DNA of 61,527 nucleotides, counting the filler, from Choristocarpus tenellus KU-1152 (lineage: Eukaryota > Protista > Phaeophyceae), in the NCBI GenBank assembly GCA_964200185.2. It is 12 parts of 12 records of this genome, joined end to end, with 100 filler letters (N's around TTAATTAATTAA, not from the genome) between each part and the next. Parts side by side here need not be neighbours in the genome. Positions count along the whole stretch, not along the records: positions 23,763 to 30,233 come from CAXNAD020008069.1; positions 30,334 to 34,109 come from CAXNAD020017983.1; positions 34,210 to 41,086 come from CAXNAD020007159.1; 9 more parts are not named here. One strand, given 5' to 3'. The notes below the pieces were generated by a model. That model was given only the letters and a program-made list of their open reading frames with translations. It was not told the origin of the DNA and made no database searches. The position numbers and the translations under genes were made by a program. Below are positions 27,001 to 38,070 of the stretch, piece by piece; the stretch's first letter is position 1; each line of letters starts with the position of its first letter.

Positions 27001-29671
27001 AGGGGGTCTTAGACCTCTTCATGAAGCCTGCGACAGAATCATTGTAATTGTTCACTGTTTTGAATTTCAGTGAATCAGCACCACCAGTCCTTCCACTTTG
27101 AAGGCAACCCTTGTATCAAATTTCCAGGTGGAAGAAGCTGAAGCACAGCTGAGAGAGACCACACAAGGATCAGCCAAAACCTTGGAAGAAGCAAATGACA
27201 TATTAGAAAGGGCAACCGCAGAGATTCAAGAAGTAAGAAAAAACATTATGATTCAAATTCTTGGGTCTCTACGTACCACGTTTTTCATCCCATCTCTGTG
27301 TCTCATGCAGCATCTTGTAGCTGCTCACCATCTGAGCCAAAGTATCTTTGAGGGTAGAGCCGCGTCCATTTGGGGGCCAAAATCCAATGTTGCGATTTTG
27401 ATGTAATTTTGGCTATCATGTTTGTTGGGAAGTGTCAACATCCTTGTTCGGACACACCTTTTCATAACATACATATATTACCTACTCCAAGACATTTACG
27501 ATTAGGAAAATGCCATAAAAAAACCCTCGGAAGTCAAGCCACAAATGGACAAACAAGGAAAAACTCGTACCCTCTAAGATACTTTCACTCATTCTGTTCT
27601 CACCAATGTTTCTGTCAATGAGATGTCTTCAAACAGGCTTCGTGAGTAAAGGAAGCTGCTGCATATTGAAAAGGGGATTTTTAGTGCAGGGCTTGTCATC
27701 AATAACTCTACAGATTTTGAATTTGTCCCTCATCTTAGTGTCTAATACATTTTCACCCACGTCACTAAAGGGACACAAGCAATACATGTTGGTATTATCT
27801 CATTCCTGTGCCGAACTCCTTCGATGTTCCAGGGGCAGAAGCACATCAGCGAAGACAAGGCATGGATTAGCTTGAAACAGGAAGATTGCAGCAAATATAG
27901 GACGACTGAACAGACTAACAGACAACTGCACACTGCCCTTCGTAGGGAAATGGAAAGGGCAAAACAGGCATGTGGAGGGGGGTAGACAGGGAAGGCACAA
28001 GCAAGCAAAGATTAATGCAATCGAACACATACCCCAGGTACTCACTCTTACGAGTTCATACCACCAAAGCTATCACATGCACAAACCCACCTCCCAAGAA
28101 ACAAAAGTGCAAAAACGTACACCCAGACACACAACAAGACACTGTGTTTTTTCTTCAGGACAAATGGACTTATGTGTGTTTGACTTTTCTCTCAGGAAAA
28201 TGAAAGGAGGGCACCAGTCATAAGTGCAAGTAAGGAGTTACTAATGTTGCTATTTTTCTGACCTTCTAACCCTACCGACTGTAAATCACTGAGACTATCA
28301 CAGCTTCACAACCAGATTGAAGACATGAAGGGGCAGGCACGCGTCTATGCCCGTGTGAGGCCCATGGGTCATGATGAGAAGGCCAGGGGATGCAAGGAGG
28401 CAAGTAATGTCCCCCCTGAACTAATTTAACATTCAACTACGTATGTGTATTCATACATGAGCATATTATCATTCTACCACTACCACTACACGGTAAATAG
28501 TACGTGTTATTGGCCACGTCTCAGGTACGAAGACTTTGTTATGCTCTCTCCTTTTCGATTTTTTGTTGGAAAGAAAAGTGTACTCTAGGCTCCTTCCTTT
28601 GCTTCCTCCATCCCTATTCAATAGTAAAAAAGACTGCAAAATTTTGTCCGATTCAAACAGATCTGCCTCAAAGATGGGAAGCAAAGTCTTGCTTTCCTCA
28701 CAGGTGAGCGTCAGCACTGGGACTATACTCTTGTCTTCCAGGCATCTCACTCCCCTGAGGCTGTGATACAGGGGCAACAAGAATTTCACCAAGAGTTGGT
28801 AAGCCTTGGGACAAGCCTGGTAGACGGCCACAGCCTGCTCCTTCTGGTTGCTGGAGCTTCTGGCTCAGGGAAGTCATTGACTCTCATTGGGGATCCAGAG
28901 GAGGCAAAAGGTCCAGGGGGATTTTTTGTCATGGATGCAGGGAAAGAGGGTGATGAAAACAAGGGCGAAAAAAAGGTGGTTGAGCCACTTGCAAGGGGGA
29001 CGAAGAAGGTAAAGAGGGGGAAAGATTGGGGTGCTGGAGCAGGCGGGGGAGGGCTTGCAGGGGAAGTCGTACCAGCCAAGACAAAGCCGCTGGTAGGCCT
29101 GCTGCCACGTCTGGCTGCACAGGCATTTGCTACCCTCAATCATCGACAACCCCAATGTGGCTTCCTTGTCACCTTCAGTGCTGTTTCCGTCTCAGCAGCT
29201 GCTGTCGCCATGTCTGAAATCACTTGCCTCCTTCCCCCTCGTGTGGTTGACGGTGGTGATAGTGGTAGCAAAGGAGATGGTGAGGGTAAGGGAGAATCTT
29301 TACCACCCCCAGAACCACCAGAGGAGGAACCACTCTGGAAGCGATCCGTTCCTGCCAGGTCCCCAGAAGAGTTGGCCTGTCTTATAGAAGCGGCAAGGGT
29401 ACGAGGGTGTGAGGCATCAGCATCAACGCCTTGGCATTTAGTTGCACGGGTTCAAGTTAAGTCTATTAACCATTGCTCGAAGGAAGTAGTTACTTCGGAT
29501 ATGGTTCTTTCTGAGATGGCAGAAGAAATTCCAGGGACTACTTGGGCAGAGTCAGTAGCGGGGGCAGTTCGGGCACATGCTTCAGGTGCTGCAGCCCCCC
29601 AAGAACAGTCATCCACTGGGGGTGATAAGCTAGTCGAATTTTTGCAAGGGTGCCTAAGGGGCACGGGTAAG
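24001..29671 (+). CDS. Kinesin-14-like protein (coiled coil + C-terminal degenerate motor domain), partial
   Basis: Exons 24001-24183, 24577-24756, 25704-25847, 26146-26331, 26537-26713, 27128-27232, 27833-27967, 28304-28399, 28661-29671, all joining in phase 0. Glu/Lys/Gln-rich coiled coil, then the kinesin-14 neck REMERAKQLHNQIEDMKGQARVYARVRP, P-loop GASGSGKS, GLLPRLAAQAF and FLQGCLRGTGK. Confidence 0.88.
27334..27590. mobile_element. MITE family B, intronic
   Basis: GAGCCAAAGTATCTTTGAGGGTAG...TACCCTCTAAGATACTTTCACTC. Confidence 0.9.
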
Positions 29672-30417
29672 GTGAGGATGGGATCGGAAGAGGGAATAAA
29701 TAAGATGCCCATCAACAATAGGGGGCATAAAAAGGGTGCAGACAAAGAATGGGAGGAAGGGGGGTTGAAATCTCTACGTCTTTTAGAATCAGGTCTAACA
29801 AGAAGGCCACATGTGCTAGCATATTATTGTCATGAGGATGTCAACACTGCCATTCTATTCATGCCACATACATCTCTACAAAAATTAAGTGACCCAACTT
29901 TACGGTATGGTTCTCTATGTACTGCAAACCTTTGCTGGTAAACTTTGAAACTAAGTGGGAAAAGGGTAAGTATCATGGCAAAGGTGTGTGCCTAGGGGTT
30001 CGAAAACAATATAATGAGAACTCATGTTGGGAGATACGCCGTTGATTCCTGCACCAAAGGAATATTGTCCCTTTGGAAGACTATTTTAGCGCCCTAGAAC
30101 GAGGGAGTGAGCTTTCTTGACTGTACCCTCCGAATATCTTGCCTACAAAATGTGCTGGGAGGCTCAAAGTATCTGGGGGGGGTGGTGGCTGTCCATTTGG
30201 GGTCAATTTTTTCATGTCACGATTTTGGGGTGANNNNNNNNNNNNNNNNNNNNNNNNNNNNNNNNNNNNNNNNNNNNTTAATTAATTAANNNNNNNNNNN
30301 NNNNNNNNNNNNNNNNNNNNNNNNNNNNNNNNNCGTGGTGTAGACCCTCCCCCCCCCCAGATACTTTGGGTCATCAATCAATTTATTGTCCACAATATAC
30401 TATATGTCCATGAATAT

Positions 30418-33006
30418 ATAATATTACGCCCTCTGTCATTTTGTACATGTGTTGGGGAAAAAGCCAATTCAATATCAAAAGGACCCCTACAAACGTAACT
30501 GTTGTCGCAGAAATTAAAAATATCTCTCTATTTGCTATTATTTGGGTATCAGCTCTACTACACCACTCCCATAAAAGCTCGTAATTTCATTGTTTTTTTT
30601 CGGGTTTTTGTGGCACGGTATGACTGAGATATCAAAATGTACTTGTACTTTATACGGTAATTTACATACATATAACTTCATATTGTTATACCGCTCTAAT
30701 TTTCAGTTGGGGGAAGTGACGATATTTTCCCTTCTTGCGTAAAATTACGCCTATTTATATAATCTGCAAACTATTTTATTGTTATGCCCTCTGATATTTT
30801 CCACATTTGTTAGGGGAAAAGACGATGTCTCCATGTTAAAACGCACGATACCCATAGATAGAGCTACTTGTGTTGTTACAGACACTATCTGTCGTAGACG
30901 GGATTTGACAGCTCATTTCCTGCTGTAGCTTCCCCCCTCTCTCCCCCTTACTGCGTGCGTAGCCAACTCATCCAGAAAGCTTTCTGCTTCCTTACCGCCC
31001 CGTCCAAAAATTTCCACCGTGAAGGTGTTGAGGTTTATAACTACGAGGGTCAAAAAGAACCCTCGTAGTGGGGTGCGCTTTTGCGTCTCAGCTTCAGCAG
31101 CAGCTACACCATTGCTGGCGGATGAATGTGTCAGATGGGAGGCTACATGCACTTCTGAAAACGTAAAATCCAGGAGGAAGCCTTTATCTCGGTAGGGAGC
31201 TGATCCGGCTTCCGCAAGTGCCCCAGCATGGAAGACCAGATCTATGCTAGTATATGACATTGCTATGCCCTCTGACATTTTGCAGATGTGTCAGGGGGAA
31301 AACCACTGAAAACTAGTCACATGTCAGAAAAATCCCTAAAGAAGTAACAGTTGTCATTAATGTGAGAGTCAAAGTATCTTAGAAGGTAGGGCCGGGTCCA
31401 TTTGGGATCAAAATCCAATGTTGCGCTTTTGATGTAATTTTGGCTATCGTGTTTGTTAGGAAGTGTCAATATCCTTCTTCCGAACACACCTTTTCATAAC
31501 GCATACATCTTACCTACTCCGAAACGTTTTAGAGTGGGAAAATGTCATAAAAAAAACATGGGAAGCCAAGTCCCAAATGGACAAACAGGGCAAAACTCGT
31601 ACCCTCTAAGATACTTTCAATCTGAAAACATTGATCTATTTGCTATTGTACTACCAGCTATGCTGTACCAGGGCCTTCCTGCGCCTCCAACCTAGCTATT
31701 CCTGCACCCCAGGGTGAGGAGTTAAGGGAAGTATCCCAAGAATCTAACAAGCCCCTCCTTGCCCATCTCCCTGGTGACTCCAGCATAGAACGCATGACAC
31801 GTCTAGACAGGGCCACCTTAGTACAGAGACTATTTGTTGTAGGTAGGATTTGACCGCCCCTTTCCTCCCGTAGCAAGTATATTTCATTATTATGTCCTCT
31901 GACATTTTTGAAGATGTGCCAAGAAAAAAATTAATGAAAACTGTTCACATGTCTGTAGCGAGTATATTGTAAGATGTTGTTAACCATATATACCGAGGTT
32001 TTATAATAATTCTGATTAAACTGCAATCACTGGATGAGGGATATCGACCCTGTCAAAAGTAATATAGCTATCAACTCACGATGTACGTGGTATTAGAGAG
32101 TGGTGTATCTATGGAAAGAGGTTGTGGAGGTGTCTGATAGGTTTTGTGAGAGTGGATAATAATATAGGTAAAGAGATCATAGAGAGATATCTTTCGCATT
32201 TACAACAACTGTTACTTTTACAGGAGTTCTTATGATAATGAATTAACTTTACCTCTGACACATCTCCAAAATGTGCAAGGGCATTATAACATTATAATAC
32301 ATTCTGCTAAGTTGTTTATGGTGATAAGTTAGGTAAATCGGGGTATAGTTTTGGAAGAAGGGAAAATGCCCCACTGCAGCTAGCTGGAAAATTAGATCGG
32401 TTTGAGGTTATGACATAATATACATATACATTAAGTTACCGCATACAGTGCAAGTAACACCAAATACCCCAAATATATTATAGTAGTATATTATATTATT
32501 ATGCCCTCTCACGTTTTGCAGATGTTTCAGGGGAAAAGTCAATGGAAACTATTCACATGACAGAAAAATCCCTAAAAAAGAAGAAGTAACGATTGTCATC
32601 AATGTGAAAAACATCAACCTATATGTCATTGTACTACCAGCTATGCTGTACCACTGCCTTCTTTTGCCTCCAACCTAGCTATTCCTGCACCCCAGGGTGA
32701 GGAGCTAGGGAAGTATCCCAAGAATCTAACAAGTCCCTCCTTGCCCATCTCCCTGGTGACTCCAGCTTAGAACACATGACAGGTCTAGACAGGGTCACCT
32801 GCATTGGTACGGAGACTATTTGTTGTAGGAGGGATTTGACCATTCCTTTCCTACCGTAGCTTCCAGTTCCTCTCCCCCTTACCGCGTGCGTAGCTAGCTC
32901 ATCCAGGAAACTTTCCGCTTGCTTATGGAGTCGCCCAGAACTTTCCACCGTGAAGGTGTTGAGGTTATAACTACGAGGATCAAAAGAGTCCTACTAGGAG
33001 TGTATT
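30418..33006 (-). mobile_element. Cluster of 5'-truncated RLE-type (CRE/R2-group-like) non-LTR retrotransposon copies
   Basis: Minus-strand copies at about 30418-30560, 30780-31248, 31262-31875, 31885-31955 and 32493-32998, plus one plus-strand 3' end at about 32190-32290. They share a 3' UTR ending AAAATGTCAGAGGGCATAATAAT. Coding remnant FLLDFTF...AAAEAETQKR...TFTVEIFGRGGKEAESFLDELA fits the restriction-like endonuclease C-terminus (D..T..AE..K..E..G..G..A..FL..LA). Confidence 0.8.
31366..31622. mobile_element. MITE family B inserted in the retrotransposon 3' UTR, TGA target-site duplication
   Basis: aatgTGA-[GAGTCAAAGTATC...GATACTTTCAATC]-TGAaaac. The paralogous empty site aatgTGAaaaac is at about 32601-32612. 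Confidence 0.93.
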
Positions 33007-34264
33007 TGACGTTTTCCAGATAGAGGGGAAAAATCAAACCAAAAGCACAAAGAGAGCCTTGTAAATGTAAGAGTTGTAATAATTTATGAAACAAATGGAA
33101 ACAAGCCGACAGGTTCTTCGTAATGAAGGGGAGCGGGAAGACCCACAGGAGGCAAGATCAAAGAGAGACAAGTCAAAGAGGGAGAGCAATCCCTCACAAG
33201 ATCACTCAGGAAAAGAGTGTTCAGGTTGTAACTGAAAGAGGGGGGTGTTAATAAGTACTGTCTTGCAAGACAGTTGTGTACACAAAATATGTATCTGCAA
33301 ATTTGAAAAAATGCAGAACAAGAAGTGTTTTTCGTGAGGCGTCACAACTTAGCACTTGTAACTAAGATTGATTTGGTGGGCAAACAAATCAGTGCCGCTT
33401 CACCTTGAGCAGGGGTGAGATAATCAAACATATCTAGGCAAATGGAACGATCACGATTTCGATGTATCAGATACGACCACGTCTGGTCAAATCTTCAACG
33501 TGAAAAAAAAGGGGGCAAGGGCAAGGACTAGCTAGTCTTATCATGAAATTCTGTTAAATCCAGCAAGGAGATACAGATGCAAAAACATGGACCATCATCT
33601 CAAATGAGGGAACAAGAATATGGGAGACTCCCAATGGGAGCGTAGAAATCGTGATCAAAGTACAGCTGCATAGCTGCAGCACCAATCAGTATATACTTGC
33701 GTATATAAAATTCAACAGCATATCACATGGATGTTCTAATCAATTAGAAACAAAATGTGTAAAAAATAAAATAATAAATACATAATCAATTTTAAACCGT
33801 GGACAAACACGGGGATGGGGTTGGCCGTACACCATCACTGAAATAACTGTTGAACAAAACAGTTGTCCTCCTGAAAAATAAAAGAAAAGAGAGAAAAAAT
33901 GAAATAAAATAAAACAAGTGTGCAAGAGTCATTGGAAAAACTGAACTCCGGTCTTCTCCGTTCATACATGGGTGCACATGTAAAAAAATATATATCAACT
34001 CATCGTAAGTTGATGGGTCAAAGTATCTGGGAGGGGGGGTGGTTTGTGAGGGGGGGTCCGTTTCGGTCAAACAACTTTTTTTTTGCTAACATTTCAAATC
34101 CGACACAGANNNNNNNNNNNNNNNNNNNNNNNNNNNNNNNNNNNNNNNNNNNNTTAATTAATTAANNNNNNNNNNNNNNNNNNNNNNNNNNNNNNNNNNN
34201 NNNNNNNNNCACGGTATAACGGTATATGGCATACGGCAATAAAGGTAAAATAACAGACAAACAT

Positions 34265-34385
34265 GCTTTCCACACAACTGTTACTTTTTTAGGGATTTTT
34301 CAGACATGTTGATGTTTCTATTTAGTTTTTCCCCTGGCACATTATTTGCAAAATGTCAGAAGGTACAATAATAAAATAATATACT
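34265..34385 (+). mobile_element. 3' end of the same RLE-type retrotransposon
   Basis: CAACTGTTACTTTTTTAGGGATTTTTCAGACATG...CCCCTGGCAC...AAAATGTCAGAAGGTACAATAATAAAATAATATACT. Confidence 0.7.
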
Positions 34386-36070
34386 GTTTTCTTGTGTTCC
34401 ATATTTTTCAGTGTTCTTAATTTCCTAGTGGTATTCCTTCTTCATTTACAGACTCTTTTTTAGAATTGCCAATCTTGAAAACAGTCCTAAAAGTGGGCAC
34501 CTTCAAATTTCTCTTCTAGTATTTTTTGTTTCTTACTACTTCATGTTTCTGCTTCTAACCTTTCATTTCTATGTCAGGGACAGTTTCCTTTTTTGGGATC
34601 TCCGACACACACGTTATGTGTAAGACGCACGGTCATATACAATTGCGCGCGCCAACCACGAGCTCATCCATACCGATCTATAATATTAAAAAGTTTGAAA
34701 CTGGCAAACTTGTTTCCACATAGAGGGGAGTGGAAAGATGCACGGAGGGAATGGAATGGAGAGAGAGAAAGAAGAAGGGTAATCCCAAGAACATTCAAAG
34801 AAAATAGTTACTAAGGAAGTGGATGAGTCGAGGTTAGAACCTCTACTCCACACCTGATGGTGATGATGTCATAAGAAGAAATAGGACCCAAGATATTCCT
34901 TGCAACGGAAGGACACTCTCAAGGAACACCTTGAAGTGAAGGTGGTATCACATATTGTTGTATTAATATAATGGACGGGCAACATCTTCTCTGCCGAGGT
35001 TCCAGTGTTGAATTCTTGAACGGCATTAATATATGGTTCTCATGAAGTGGTTTGTGTAGAGATTAGTGATAGATCTTATTGTGGCGTGCTCTAAGTAGAG
35101 GCTGATTGAATAGTGGAATGTAGCGCACTGTTGTGTTGTGTTGTGTTGTGAGGTTATAGAAGCGATGCGTGCTTTGAGTAGAGGGGTGAAAAAAGGTTGT
35201 GGATGTATTAACTCTGGTCATATTCCATCCAGTTGTGTGTCAAGGTGCACTTGATGCAGAGTGAATTCGAAGTTAAGTGGGTGCAACGCCAAGCAATAAA
35301 AATAACATCTACTCCGGAATAGATACCAGTCAGTGATGTTTTTTCTGGGATGAAAAATAAAGGACCTGAATATTAGTTTGAGTCAACTCGTGCGTCTCAT
35401 GTATTGAGTTTATATCTTGTACAGTAGTACCTACCAATTCTAGGGATCACAAATACTCTAGTTACACACACTACAACAGCAACTCGTGGTTCACATACAG
35501 CGTGGAGAGATATTATATGTACCATCTAACTGCCTACACACTAAACGAACAGTACGGTGGACAACTCAACAGCCAACACAAGTTTACGGTATTTGACTGT
35601 TTCAATAGACCACAGAGAAAGTACTCTGTGTTCTGAAGCCCAGCAGAGGACCTGGCCGCGACTTTGGATAAGGATAGGAGGAGTAGGGGGGCGTTTCACC
35701 CTTACGACAATCCCCAGTAGTCCATATATAACGGCTGCACATGACCGAAGGATGTCTAGATGGCGAAGGGAGAAGGTGAAACGTCAGACGCTGCTGACTA
35801 TCTATGATGAAACGTCCTGACGCCATCCTCTTGCCGTTCCATGGTGCACTTTATGTTGACGTTCTTCTTGGACTAGTAGTTCTGAAGGTGGGCAGGAGTC
35901 TAGAGGTTGACCTATTGACTGATTGTTTGTGAATCTGAGGCACGAGATCGCTTTCCTTTTACTGCCACCAGCTTTTGCTATGCTGCTTGTTCCCCCCTCG
36001 CATGAAACATGCTCTACCTCGTCTACTGATTCACCCATATTCTCCGCCTCTAGTAAGTCATTTTGGACTT

Positions 36071-36329
36071 GAGTCAAGTATCCTAGAGGGTGGAGTCGTG
36101 TCCGTTTGGGGGAAAAAATCGAATAGTGCGATGTTGATGTAATTTTGGCTATCGTGTTTGTTAGGAAGTAGTGTCAATATGCTTGTTCCGGACACCTTTT
36201 CACAAGGTTTACATTTATTGCTCCAAAACATTTTGGAGTAGGAAAATAGAATTAAAAAAACACATGGGAAGTCAAGTCCCAAATGGACAAACAGGGAAAA
36301 ACTCGTACTCACTAAGATACTTTTGACTC
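36071..36329. mobile_element. MITE family B, ACTT target-site duplication
   Basis: actt-GAGTCAAGTATCCTAGAGGG...TAAGATACTTTTGACTC-actt. Confidence 0.9.
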
Positions 36330-37271
36330 ACTTGGTCTTTCTCAAGTGTAGTAGAAGAGGCATCCCAGTTCCTAGTCAGAGACAATGTAAACGAAATTTA
36401 TTTTCTTCTAGATTGGAAGAGGAAGAAAGTAACTTCCTATTATTATTGATGAGTGCCCTCTCGCCTTGGGTCTTATTTCTTGAGGGTATTATATTTACGT
36501 ACGAAATGGAGACTCCATCAATAAAACTTCAAAAATATCATTACCATGAATATATTGTGACTATCTATCTCCTACGACCTCGACAATTACTCGGAGTACA
36601 TCACTATGCATTCGAACTAAAACACAAAAAAATCGTCAGTCAATCTGAATGTACTGAAAATACATCATTAACATAGTGGCATCTCCTGGACTTTACATGT
36701 GAGGGGACGCAACAAAAAATACAGGTTAGTCAAGGGGTGTGGTGCAACTGAAATTCACACACCATCCCTTAAAGTTTCTTCTGACGGCTTGTGAAAAGGG
36801 TTATACCGTAGACAAGATAGTAAGGGTGGAGGGGGTCAGGATTGATCTTCTCAAGTGTACCTTGATCACCTCAACATTCAGCGTAAGGCTAGCTTTGTTT
36901 GGACCAGCTTAAATGATCCAAGTCCAGTTTCGGGATATCTTAACCTTATGGCAGGGCAACGTCGAATTGCTTGCAAGAAGGACTGAAATGATTAGTGGGT
37001 ATGTGACCGAAGGAGTTTCTTCACTAAAACTAGCAATACGCAGATCCCTTTCCTAATACCTGCCCAAAAAGGTGTGCTCCCCCACTTGTTTGATCTTCTG
37101 ACGGGTGGCGTCATCTTCCGACAGATGTCTCCAAATTTCTTGGACTAATTGTATCGCTGTTTATACTTTATAAGTGCTCTGTGTAGAATAATCGAGTCAT
37201 GTAGGGCGAAGTGGTGGCCACGTGCACTAATAAAAAACAAATTTCGTTGCAATGGAATTTTGTACCATATT

Positions 37272-37451
37272 GGCTCCAAGTATCTAGGAGGGGGTGGCGG
37301 CTATCCATGTTGGGCCAATTTTTTCATTTCAAGATTTTTGGGTGATCTGGTTGCATACGTTGAATGGATAGTGTACTTTTACTTTCCCTGATTTTGCTCC
37401 TAATGGACACCCTGGTATAGGCCCCACTCCCCCTCCCAGATACTTTGGGTC
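37272..37451. mobile_element. MITE family A, ATT target-site duplication
   Basis: att-GGCTCCAAGTATCTAGGAG...CTCCCAGATACTTTGGGTC-att. Confidence 0.88.
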
Positions 37452-38070
37452 ATTTCAAGAGGATGGTTAGATACTCTACTTCATTACACTACACCATATG
37501 TAAGTAAACTTACCCATTTTCAAATAAACATATCTAGTGCTGCGATGGAGGAGCGTCATTCATCCTCTTAGTAGAAATATATTAATCGTACAGAGTATAC
37601 TTTTCAATATCCGTTTAGGACTTGCCTTCCCGCGTTATTTGGTGGGATTTTTCCCACCCCAAGACATTTCAGAGTAGATAAAATAAATGCTTCGGGAAAA
37701 CAAGTTCCAGCAGGTGTGCAAAAGAGAATAGTTGCTATATCATCAATAATTAAAATATTCCAAATTAAGTTGGGACTACAGAAATACAACACTTAAAACT
37801 ACATGGTCGCCATCACGATTCAGTTGGAACAGGAGTAGGTACAGCACAGGAACATTGCAAGTAATCTACAGTACTGTATGTATCTGAACACTACTACCAC
37901 TAGCAAACCAATCAGCAATAACACACACCATGTACGCTACTGCGATTTGCATCGATGGGTATCCAGTAACCCTCTACCAGCACGATCCATACTGCTCCTT
38001 TGTAACAGCCTCAAAATTATACCCCGTACGTCTTTTGCCTGAGGATTTCACCCTTGTCTTCTTACGTGAC

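Noticed and set aside
31453-31695. Small ORF family (also 27370-27621, 45116-45367, 36058-36312) as a repeated protein
   Set aside because: All are translations of MITE B internal sequence in inconsistent frames.
35600-37150. Degenerate coding-like stretches on the minus strand
   Set aside because: Multiple stops and no recognisable motif; probably old transposon debris.
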